In this document: in pieces, positions 18,559-26,456 of the stretch
Layout of the letters: each line of letters begins with the position of its first letter
How positions within the stretch are numbered: position 1 is the stretch's first letter
Sequence record: NC_070956.1
Reading direction: 5' to 3' (one strand)
Length of the DNA stretch: 64,000 bases
Program-made: the position numbers and the translations under genes
Notes under the pieces: generated by a model
The model's input: only the letters and a program-made list of their open reading frames with translations
What the model was told of the DNA's origin: nothing
The model's database searches: none

Positions 18559-18745
18559 GTAATACGAATTCACATTACTACACACTCGCCGTTCTTCCTA
18601 GTTTCCGTTCCGAACGTTCCACGGTTCACCGTCACCATATACTTTATCCATTCGGACACCATCTGTGGCTATCAAGTACTTAGGTCCATATTGGTTATGT
18701 CTGTTGACACCCGTGTGTAAACCAGATTAATCTGGGGTGAAAATA

Positions 18746-18822
18746 TGGCAGGGATAACGGGGCTCGAACCCGCGACCTCCGGCGTGACAGGCCGGCACTC
18801 TAACCATCTGAGCTACATCCCT
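18746..18822 (-). tRNA. trnD: tRNA-Asp (GUC)
   Basis: Cloverleaf; CCGGC-CTGTCAC-GCCGG; encoded CCA. Confidence 0.95.
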
Positions 18823-18826
18823 AAAT

Positions 18827-18902
18827 TGGCGGTTCCTGCTGGACTTGAACCAGCGACATATGCATTAACAGTGCACCGTTCTACCTACTGAACTAAGGAA
18901 CC
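18827..18902 (-). tRNA. trnN: tRNA-Asn (GUU)
   Basis: Cloverleaf; GTGCA-CTGTTAA-TGCAT; encoded CCA. Confidence 0.95.
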
Positions 18903-18908
18903 TGAATA

Positions 18909-18984
<76 letters not shown>

Positions 18985-19017
18985 GATGTCGTACCAAGGG
19001 TACGACGTACTGGACTT

Positions 19018-19218
19018 TCAACCAGCATTAAAAGAACCTAAGATCAAACCACGGACATTGCCTATGGTTCGACCAATCAAAGTGACTTCGATGCGATCAA
19101 TGGGCAAATAACCATTCGCCAGATCAATCGCTTCCGATAAGTCGACAGCTGCGATAACCACCGCGTCGTACTCGTCATAGTCCCAATCATCGGTTCTTTC
19201 AACTTTATAGATGTTCAT
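19018..19218 (-). CDS. small acidic phage protein (MNIYKVERTDDWDYDEYDAVVIAA...GSFNAG); start revised
   Basis: ATG at 19218 with upstream GGAG; resembles the ORF at 44353. Confidence 0.65.
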   Translation of the reverse strand: MNIYKVERTDDWDYDEYDAVVIAAVDLSEAIDLANGYLPIDRIEVTLIGRTIGNVRGLILGSFNAG

Positions 19219-19285
19219 ATCGACAGTCTCCGTTGTTAGCGATTTGGCCTTCCAACGTACTACCAGCAATATCGAACATCTTGCA

Positions 19286-19435
19286 TAACAATGAGTTTCC
19301 CAGAGTTTGACATTTTCTATCCATCATGGTCCCCGAGACCGGATTTCGGGACGCGCCGATGCTACTTCGATTCTAGACCGAAGTGTAATGGTGTTTTTTA
19401 CTATTCGGGGGTTTCTGTCAAACCACTTCATTGTT
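19286..19435. ncRNA. candidate ~145-nt structured RNA, unit 1 of a tandem pair
   Basis: Ends CAATGAGTTTCCCAG...ACTTCATTG pair with each other; inner stem GTTTGACA/TGTCAAAC. Confidence 0.55.
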
Positions 19436-19441
19436 TATTTA

Positions 19442-19582
19442 TCAATGAGTTTCCCAGGGTGTAGAGTATTTTATCCGCTGCGGGCAGGCCAGGTGGGTCT
19501 TCGGGGCGCACCCACAGTTGGCTCAAGAGAGCTGCCTTGTGTTTTGGCGACTGGCCTTTATTTCTCTACACTACTTCATTGA
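19442..19582. ncRNA. candidate ~140-nt structured RNA, unit 2 of the tandem pair, with an internal 72-nt cloverleaf
   Basis: Same 15-nt 5' and 9-nt 3' motifs; inner stem GTGTAGAG/CTCTACAC; four-way junction at 19486-19557. Confidence 0.55.
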
Positions 19583-19583
19583 A

Positions 19584-19812
19584 AGGTGTTAGCTGTTTCT
19601 CTCTTGGAGCCCAGCATCGTCACCAGGATAAAACCTTTGTGTGACAACACTCAATTAACACCTATATCATTGTGACACCTTCTCGGTGTGATACATAGTC
19701 GATCACCGCATTGGTTAGATCCCTGATGGACGACTGGACGCTGCGTATAGCAGTGTTTGTCTCCTAGGTGGGTATCGCCAGCACCGTGTCGGCTATAGGA
19801 TGTGATCACACG
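19584..19812. ncRNA. further candidate structured RNA domain(s)
   Basis: AGGTGTTA/TAACACCT stem (19584-19663); TGTGAT..ATAGTCGA / TCGGCTAT..ATCACA long stem (19687-19810); no ORF. Confidence 0.4.
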
Positions 19813-20327
19813 AGGAAACCAGAGGGATGTCCAACCCTTTTCAGTTACATGTGATCACGAAAGCTGTTGTTAACAAAGTATAATAACTTGTTGTTACTAA
19901 ATACTTTTCAATTGGCTCTCTTTGAAAGCTAATAGAAAAGAGGTCTTCACAAACCGTATGGAAGACCTTTGAAAAATGTAAAGGATTAACAATGAAAAAT
20001 AAACCAACCATACACGAAAGCCAACACCAATGACCTTCTATATAAACTCTCATTAAAGAGCATATATAGAAAGGGGGTAGGAAGACTACCCCGCGGGTAA
20101 AAGCAATAACCCAAGAACGTGCAGATATTGAAAGCGGGAGCTTTCTTGATAATGACTCTTGGGTGAATCAGTATTAAGAAAGCAAGGGATAAAGCTGCGC
20201 ACAAAATCCCTTTGCTTGTATTACGTAGGAGTTTATTCAATGGCTTCGTTTTGACCACTGTCGCGTTCAGTAATCAAAAGGAAGCATTTTTGTACATATA
20301 ATAACAGACACCCATAACTTTTCAGGT

Positions 20328-20345
20328 AGATATTATCTACATGAG
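20328..20345 (+). promoter_or_regulatory. putative early promoter for the accessory array
   Basis: TTTTCAGGT-AGATATTAT-CTACATGAG. Confidence 0.5.
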
Positions 20346-20434
20346 AAACCCGTTGGTATCTTAATTGTATGGTACAACTGTGTGGGATTTCCTACACTAT
20401 ATGATTACCTCTATCATCATAAGGAAACAGAGTT

Positions 20435-21142
20435 ATGACTTTGGCTCGTGCTTTTATCGAACGTATTATCGTTCAGATCATTCTCGCCTTCATGGCGGCA
20501 AACTGGCGGAAGATGAACGAACACATCGTCATCGCCCGCGCTGCTGGTATCTCCCAAGGGATCAAAACCAAGTACCTGGGCGACTGGGGTCCGATCAGTG
20601 TCTGGCTGTCTCTCGATGGCCGGGCGTGGTCCATTTGCATCGGTACCGCGACCAACTTTATTACTTCCCGACTCACCAACGGTAACTGGGCGTTCAACCG
20701 CTCGGTAGTGGAGAACCTTTACAACCAATTTGAAGAGCGGCGTACCGAACCTCAGTTCGCTGACCTCGATACACTCCGACTCTCTATCGATTCGTTGCTT
20801 CTGGAACTTCCGATCGTTGCCAAGCTGGGTGATCGTATCATGGGTAATACAGTCCGGGTTCTTCCCCAGCTCAACATGTCTGGCGAGTACGCCAGGGAAT
20901 TGTCGAAGTTGATCACTGTGGTATTCAATGGTAAAGTCGGTCTCCGCGGCAAGCCCTCTGGGACAATGGGCCTGGGTATCAGCCGTCTCGAACTGGGTGA
21001 CGGCGTAGTCACCGGCTCAATGGTCCACCACTTCCGTGACTACTCCATGCCCTGGGAAGGGAATGCAGTGAACCGTGCTGAGGCACGTGACGCTCTGGTC
21101 GAGGCGTTTGTGCACGCTATGACCAAACCTGAACTGAAGTAA
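20435..21142 (+). CDS. hypothetical protein (235 aa)
   Basis: SD AAGGA, optimised codons, terminator follows. Confidence 0.75.
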   Translation: MTLARAFIERIIVQIILAFMAANWRKMNEHIVIARAAGISQGIKTKYLGDWGPISVWLSLDGRAWSICIGTATNFITSRLTNGNWAFNRSVVENLYNQFEERRTEPQFADLDTLRLSIDSLLLELPIVAKLGDRIMGNTVRVLPQLNMSGEYARELSKLITVVFNGKVGLRGKPSGTMGLGISRLELGDGVVTGSMVHHFRDYSMPWEGNAVNRAEARDALVEAFVHAMTKPELK

Positions 21143-21147
21143 TCGTA

Positions 21148-21175
21148 ACGGGGAGATCCTTCGGGGTCTCTCCGT
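21148..21175 (+). terminator. intrinsic terminator (UUCG loop)
   Basis: ACGGGGAGATCC-TTCG-GGGTCTCTCCGT-TT. Confidence 0.75.
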
Positions 21176-21199
21176 TTATGTTTGTTAAGGGGGATATTG

Positions 21200-21910
21200 A
21201 TGACTAAAAACTATACTGAAGAACAGAAGCTCAGAACTTTGGAACTCGCCGAATTACTCAATTTTGTCCAGCTTGATAATGGCGAGCTTTTCAAAGCGAT
21301 GTTCGATAACATAGTGAATGGAGGGACTAAAGAGTCGCTCATCATTAATGATTTCGTGATCAAGATGACTCGTGATAAAGGGATCTGGTTCACCTTGATT
21401 AATACTGGTGCTCGTCTGGGTGACCGGTGTATTGGTAAAACCGAAACTCTTTTTCATGTGGAGTTCAAGGATGGTAACTTGATTCCTGATTATCTCAGAC
21501 GTGTCAGGAAGATACTCAGGGCGACATATTCCTATGTCTATCGTGAGGCTTACAGCGATGCAATGGAAGAGATTCGGAAAATGAAATCTCGTCCTACCAT
21601 CAGTCAACGCTTCAGACTGGCTTGGTTAAAAGCAGCACCTATTGATGTAATCTACGCCAAAGGTTATCTCAAAAAGTTGCTGAAGTTTTACGTCTGTTAC
21701 TCAATGGTCGAAAACATGGGTAAGCGTTCTATCCCCGCGATAACTGTGTCGAAACCACGTCCAGAACACTGGGACGAAAACATTTTCGGTATTGCGGGTT
21801 TTAATCAACCCGGTAATGTACTGACGGATAAGGGTGATCCTAATAAGGGTACCAAACCGTCACCTTTAACTTTGATGGTGAGGTTGTTCGATTCTCACTA
21901 CGGATTTTAA
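21200..21910 (+). CDS. hypothetical protein (start revised to MTKNY)
   Basis: SD AAGGGGG upstream of the ATG at 21200. Confidence 0.7.
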   Translation: MTKNYTEEQKLRTLELAELLNFVQLDNGELFKAMFDNIVNGGTKESLIINDFVIKMTRDKGIWFTLINTGARLGDRCIGKTETLFHVEFKDGNLIPDYLRRVRKILRATYSYVYREAYSDAMEEIRKMKSRPTISQRFRLAWLKAAPIDVIYAKGYLKKLLKFYVCYSMVENMGKRSIPAITVSKPRPEHWDENIFGIAGFNQPGNVLTDKGDPNKGTKPSPLTLMVRLFDSHYGF

Positions 21911-21927
21911 CGCAAGAGGAAATAACA

Positions 21928-22713
21928 ATGGAAACTCTGAACCATAAAGCACTCATTTGGGAACCCAATTTCAATACCTACTGTTTGGGAAGCGTCGATG
22001 TTTCTCATACTTACTACGAAGATGTGCTCATTGCGGCATTTGTTCGTCATGTACGTAAAGACATCCAGGGTTACAACAAACATATCACCGATCTTCTCAA
22101 GTCGCTCAATCAACCTAAGGGTGGGTTGGGGATCACCATCTTTGGTGACGATCGGAACTATTTCTCGATCCATCGGGATCGGGTTAATCGTTTCACGCTG
22201 GTCTTCAAGGATAGTTACTTCGAGGAAACCTTCTGGAGACTGGGTAGTAAGGCGGAACTCTTTAATGAAGAGATCCTGGACACCATTCTCGCTGACAGGG
22301 AGATCAATCTCTTTGAACTTCTGGCGTCGACTAAGGCGTTGTTGACAGCTCGGAACTTCTCTGAAGGTTTCGATCAACTCAAACGCCCTAAGTGGTACAA
22401 ACGTCTCAAAGGTGATGTGATCACTCATGAGCTTGAGGGGGCTTCTTGTGGCGGACTCTTCAAGGTAGTGGTGCGTCAGGTCCATCCACTGTTGGATGAC
22501 ACCCAGAACGTTATCGAAGTTCACATGAAGCATGACGTCTTCACGGCTTCGACAGATCTCATCAAGGGAGGTAATGCCCGTTACACTTCTTCTCCTATTC
22601 TTGGTGAACTCACTGAAGAGATTCTCAACCAGACCATAGCTAGGATTCAAGCACCGATGTTGGTGGGAACTCCTTTCTTGCCAGGTCTGGCTGCTGACTT
22701 TTATTACGATTAA
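21928..22713 (+). CDS. hypothetical protein (261 aa)
   Basis: SD GAGG; terminator follows. Confidence 0.75.
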   Translation: METLNHKALIWEPNFNTYCLGSVDVSHTYYEDVLIAAFVRHVRKDIQGYNKHITDLLKSLNQPKGGLGITIFGDDRNYFSIHRDRVNRFTLVFKDSYFEETFWRLGSKAELFNEEILDTILADREINLFELLASTKALLTARNFSEGFDQLKRPKWYKRLKGDVITHELEGASCGGLFKVVVRQVHPLLDDTQNVIEVHMKHDVFTASTDLIKGGNARYTSSPILGELTEEILNQTIARIQAPMLVGTPFLPGLAADFYYD

Positions 22714-22717
22714 CACA

Positions 22718-22735
22718 AGGGGTCTTCGGACCCCT
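22718..22735 (+). terminator. intrinsic terminator (UUCG loop)
   Basis: AGGGGTC-TTCG-GACCCCT followed by a T-run. Confidence 0.75.
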
Positions 22736-22938
22736 AAACTTTTTATTTAACTGGTCATGTTTTTATATGTATAAGAACGAAATTCCATTCTTAGCAGATC
22801 CTTAGGGAATGGGGTAGGGGGCTTTACTCAGTTGACCGGTTAGGTCCAGTTGAAACAATTACTATAAATAGCGTTATGAACGAAGTGAATAACAGCTACT
22901 AATCTTTAATCAGTAGTCTTTATCTTTAAGGAGGGATT

Positions 22939-23289
22939 ATGAGTGAAAAATATATCACTCCTGAACAATTGAAAATTATTGAGAAATCAAGTTTTCATAA
23001 ACTCAATCAAAACGATTTAATCAAGTTAGGTTGTACTTATGAAGGGGAATTAGATTTACGAGACGTTTCAGTAAGAATGATGGAATGGCGTAAAGAACAC
23101 AATAATGAAATACCACCCCATCATCTCTGGTTAGTTTTAGAGGCTTCGCAAGAAGCGCATGCACAGATTTATTTTTCATGTGGTGGTATCGATCCTAGGA
23201 AAAAGAAACCAGAAACAACCACTCCATGGGCATTAATCATCATGATGGTACTCTGGTCTATTGGTATGATTATAGGTGGTATGAAATAA
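22939..23289 (+). CDS. AT-rich hypothetical protein with a C-terminal membrane anchor
   Basis: SD AAGGAGG; C-terminal PWALIIMMVLWSIGMIIGG. Confidence 0.7.
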   Translation: MSEKYITPEQLKIIEKSSFHKLNQNDLIKLGCTYEGELDLRDVSVRMMEWRKEHNNEIPPHHLWLVLEASQEAHAQIYFSCGGIDPRKKKPETTTPWALIIMMVLWSIGMIIGGMK

Positions 23290-23299
23290 GGAGAAGGGT

Positions 23300-23407
23300 A
23301 TGAAACTTGAAGAAACTAAAGCTGAAGAATGTCGTGTGTTATTGTGGGCCGGTATCTTGGGTGTTGTCGGTTGTGCAACCTTTGCCTATTTCCGTTGGTT
23401 CTATTAG
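23300..23407 (+). CDS. 35-aa membrane peptide MKLEETKAEECRVLLWAGILGVVGCATFAYFRWFY
   Basis: SD AGGAG; fills the gap exactly; its TAG stop overlaps the SD of the next gene. Confidence 0.55.
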   Translation: MKLEETKAEECRVLLWAGILGVVGCATFAYFRWFY

Positions 23408-23415
23408 GAGTCACT

Positions 23416-23910
23416 ATGAAAATTATCGAAACAGCTATTTCCCTCTGCTTATCCGCAAGACAGTTCGCCAATACCAAGGTCTCTGTTGGTATGTGTGAAA
23501 TGGATCTCCGGATGGAATTCCCCGTAAACGTGAACTGTAAGGTCAAGATTCACTTCTTTAAGGGGAGTGTGGAGCGTACTGTTCATGTAGGGATCTACAA
23601 CGGAGATGACGTACTGGAAGAAGGTTACAATGAAACAGTAACAATTCTCACTGAACGAGATCTCAAAGCTGTCATAGAAACGGCCATTTGTTCTTGGATG
23701 GTTTACAAACTCGATTGCATGATCGAGAAAGGGATCCTGAAGAAGAACACACTCAAACCGTTTGATATCTGTAAGGATCCGATCTACGAAACCATGAAGC
23801 GTTGCTATGCAGGTCCTGATGACCTGGAAGACCGGATTAACGAATGGAACAAATTGGGGTTGAACAAAACCCTGATGGAGATTCTGGAACTGACACACGA
23901 CGATGTGTAA
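23416..23910 (+). CDS. hypothetical protein (start revised to MKIIETA)
   Basis: SD AGGAG 5 nt upstream. Confidence 0.7.
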   Translation: MKIIETAISLCLSARQFANTKVSVGMCEMDLRMEFPVNVNCKVKIHFFKGSVERTVHVGIYNGDDVLEEGYNETVTILTERDLKAVIETAICSWMVYKLDCMIEKGILKKNTLKPFDICKDPIYETMKRCYAGPDDLEDRINEWNKLGLNKTLMEILELTHDDV

Positions 23911-23921
23911 GGAGATGTGGT

Positions 23922-24191
23922 TTGCGGACATTAAGAAAAGAAACATCTGATCATATTAAAGCTGGTTTGGATAAGGCCGATCACGGTCACGATTATCACT
24001 TCCAGATCATGGGGCACCAGTGGCGCTTGAAGAAGTGGTTTGGTGAGATCAGACTTTGTAAAGTAGCAACCAACCCGTCTGGGATGGAGATCACTTCATT
24101 CGCTTGTTACTCTGGTAAGGGGTACAAGCAGTATCGGGAAAATGTTATTTCCGGTTTCACTAACCATGTAGCACGAATTCAAGGATTCTAA
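23922..24191 (+). CDS. hypothetical protein (probable TTG start)
   Basis: AAGGAG 7 nt upstream of an in-frame TTG; abuts the next gene. Confidence 0.5.
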   Translation: MRTLRKETSDHIKAGLDKADHGHDYHFQIMGHQWRLKKWFGEIRLCKVATNPSGMEITSFACYSGKGYKQYRENVISGFTNHVARIQGF

Positions 24192-24192
24192 C

Positions 24193-24732
24193 ATGATGAA
24201 AGATATGAACACTGGGTGGGTCCACGGACTCACCGAATTCGCTGATGCGGTTAAACGCATTCACAGTCGCGTCCACTACTATCCGATTCAGAAGTTTCAC
24301 GAATGTGTGACTGACTTCGGTAGTAAAGTTGTTTTCGACACCTTGATCGGAATCGATCTGATTTTCAAGTATGCGAATCGGAACGATCAGTACTACATCG
24401 ATGTAAGCTATCGTTGTGGTCGATCCAATACCGAGCTCTTCCTCTGCACTGTTCATTGGAAACCAATGTACACCAAGAAGATGATCATGTCATCCGTAAT
24501 CAAAGCCATGGCAAAGGTCATGTGGGATCGGATGTATGCCCAGAGAACACTCTCTCTTAAAGAGGGCGCTCTCGACGTCAGGACGTTACTTGAAACCCCT
24601 GATCTGGATAAAGATATCAAACAGGTAGTGATCATTGAATCCCAAAAGAGGTTCACTGATTACTCGATGATGGCGCTTCGCTATCACACCGACTTCACCC
24701 CACTTTCCAGCATACCGGTGTTTATCGGTTAA
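24193..24732 (+). CDS. hypothetical protein (179 aa)
   Basis: SD AAGGA; operon packing. Confidence 0.7.
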   Translation: MMKDMNTGWVHGLTEFADAVKRIHSRVHYYPIQKFHECVTDFGSKVVFDTLIGIDLIFKYANRNDQYYIDVSYRCGRSNTELFLCTVHWKPMYTKKMIMSSVIKAMAKVMWDRMYAQRTLSLKEGALDVRTLLETPDLDKDIKQVVIIESQKRFTDYSMMALRYHTDFTPLSSIPVFIG

Positions 24733-24741
24733 GGAGAAATA

Positions 24742-25104
24742 ATGGTTAAACGTTTCTTTCAAGTTATCTTTGGTCTTTGCATCCTTTCCCTTGGGCTGAT
24801 GTCAGGTGCTAAGTTGTGGTTCATTTACGAAGATGCGACCGTACCTACCACTTACACCGTTGCCGAGTGTTACTACGATAACGACTATAAGTGCGACTAT
24901 CGTAAACCGAATGGCCGGTACATGACTGAGACCTATGGTCGTCAAGTCTGGAAAGATGTCAAAGTACTGGAAGGTAAGCAAGTCAATATGACCACTCCGG
25001 TTAAAGGTACCGACATTGTCTTGGGAGGAGCTATGGCTATCTTCTTCACGGTGTTAGGTTGCTATTGTATCTATGTTGCTTTCAAGAGAGAAGGTAAATC
25101 TTAA
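24742..25104 (+). CDS. two-TM membrane protein with a Cys-pair extracytoplasmic loop
   Basis: N- and C-terminal hydrophobic helices; C-YYDNDYK-C in the loop; SD AAGGAG. Confidence 0.7.
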   Translation: MVKRFFQVIFGLCILSLGLMSGAKLWFIYEDATVPTTYTVAECYYDNDYKCDYRKPNGRYMTETYGRQVWKDVKVLEGKQVNMTTPVKGTDIVLGGAMAIFFTVLGCYCIYVAFKREGKS

Positions 25105-25443
25105 ACTAGAAATATATATTATGTCTCAAGATTTCATCTTCTCTTCATTTTCTTCTTAATCTCTTATTTACTGAATCATACTTTTGATTTGGTTTATGGG
25201 GGATAAAGGGGGCAATGAAGGTCGAAGGGCAATGAAGGTCAAGGGATCAAAGACCAAAGAAGAAGGCCGGGCGAAGCCCTATTTATCTTAATTAATAGTG
25301 AAACTAGAAATAGAGATAAAGATAAGGATACTAGAGAGAACTGTTTATAGTGATCGACAGTATGCTTGGAAGGGGGTCCGGGGGAAACCAATTTGAAAAC
25401 TAATTACTAACTCACCTGGGTATATCCTGGGTGGGTTAGGGTT
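25103..25443. other. 340-bp non-coding, strand-skewed region with direct repeats (origin-like candidate)
   Basis: AAACTAGAAATA x2 (25103, 25301); GGGCAATGAAGGTC x2 (25210, 25227); GGGGGTCCGGGGG; pyrimidine tract followed by purine tracts. Confidence 0.35.
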
Positions 25444-25467
25444 ATGTCTGTTGATAAGGAGTATACC

Positions 25468-25794
25468 ATGAGGTATGAAAACTTTAAGGAAATATTAGAA
25501 ACGTTTCCTCACTGTTATTACAACAACGATTGTTCGTTGATCATCACGAAGGTTCCGAGAGATATTCCCGGTTACTACAAACTCGATTTGACCAACAACC
25601 AAGATTTCCGTCACGATATCAGTGGTAGTCACTACATCACTTATTCGTATATCACTGACATGAACGGTGATAAAACCATAGAAGTCTTCTTTGGCGATAA
25701 TGCTGACGAAGATGCGTACTTGACCAAGCATAAACATCTGTGCGGTCACCCACAAGAAATCCTGCAATCACTAGAAGAACGGAGAATACCATGA
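25468..25794 (+). CDS. hypothetical protein (start revised to MRYENF)
   Basis: SD AAGGAG. Confidence 0.65.
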   Translation: MRYENFKEILETFPHCYYNNDCSLIITKVPRDIPGYYKLDLTNNQDFRHDISGSHYITYSYITDMNGDKTIEVFFGDNADEDAYLTKHKHLCGHPQEILQSLEERRIP

Positions 25795-26456
25795 ACATTA
25801 AAGACGCACTGGTTCAACTGCGTGAGTACACCTATCAGGTCCGTCATGTGAATCGTCAACTCCAAGGGGAAGTTGCTGAGTTCTCTATGGAAGAACTCCA
25901 GCGAGCACTTGACAATGTCAAAGAAGAACGTGAAGACATCCTGTTTGGTGTGGGGTGTGGGAAACGTGTATTCTGGTGGGAAGGGCCAGTTTATTTACAG
26001 TTGGTAGCACTTCGTGCTGCTTGGGATAATAACACTGTTGGAGCGGATGAACTCTTCCAGGGCATTAAGCTGATATCTGAGCATCCTCTTTTCAAAGAGA
26101 TGCTGGAACACAGTGTCCCCTTCAACAGCAAGAAGATTTTCAATGCAGCTATGTCACGAGACGAAGCCGCAGAAATCATTCTTCATTTGTTCAAGAACGG
26201 TAATACTAATTCCGAACACCACATTCCGTACTTCGCTGTACTTCAACAGGACATCCCTGATATGTGCAGACGGCTGGGATTGGGTAAGATGGATTACGAA
26301 GAGTTGTGGTCCGAACTCACTTTCCCCACCAGTATGTGCCGGGGAGATTATTACGTTAACTGTGCACTGCCTGTATTGGAATTCATGAAGCGTAAACAAC
26401 TTCGTGAATCCATCGCCGCATCCAAAGATCAAACTTTCACCCAAGAGGAACTGTAA
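25791..26456 (+). CDS. hypothetical protein (start revised to MNIKDA)
   Basis: ATGA overlap with the upstream stop; SD GGAG. Confidence 0.7.
   Translation: MNIKDALVQLREYTYQVRHVNRQLQGEVAEFSMEELQRALDNVKEEREDILFGVGCGKRVFWWEGPVYLQLVALRAAWDNNTVGADELFQGIKLISEHPLFKEMLEHSVPFNSKKIFNAAMSRDEAAEIILHLFKNGNTNSEHHIPYFAVLQQDIPDMCRRLGLGKMDYEELWSELTFPTSMCRGDYYVNCALPVLEFMKRKQLRESIAASKDQTFTQEEL

Noticed and set aside
18560-18745. 186-bp spacer between tRNA-Trp and tRNA-Asp as a further tRNA or peptide gene
   Set aside because: No T-arm or acceptor stem; only short ORFs without an SD and a 14-bp palindrome
19289-19581. CRISPR array or retron msr-msd interpretation of the tandem repeat
   Set aside because: Only two units, with ~120-nt structured interiors and self-pairing ends; no cas or reverse transcriptase gene in the window
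19801-19860. TGTGATCAC repeats as CRP sites
   Set aside because: Lack the 6-bp spacer of TGTGA-N6-TCACA; better explained as RNA stem halves
19986-20258. 90-aa minus-strand ORF in the track
   Set aside because: No clear SD, atypical codons, and it overlaps long hairpins; not listed as a CDS
20435-22713. Possible paralogy among the three ~240-260-aa genes (RD...FTL motif)
   Set aside because: Similarity is too short to support by eye; needs profile alignment
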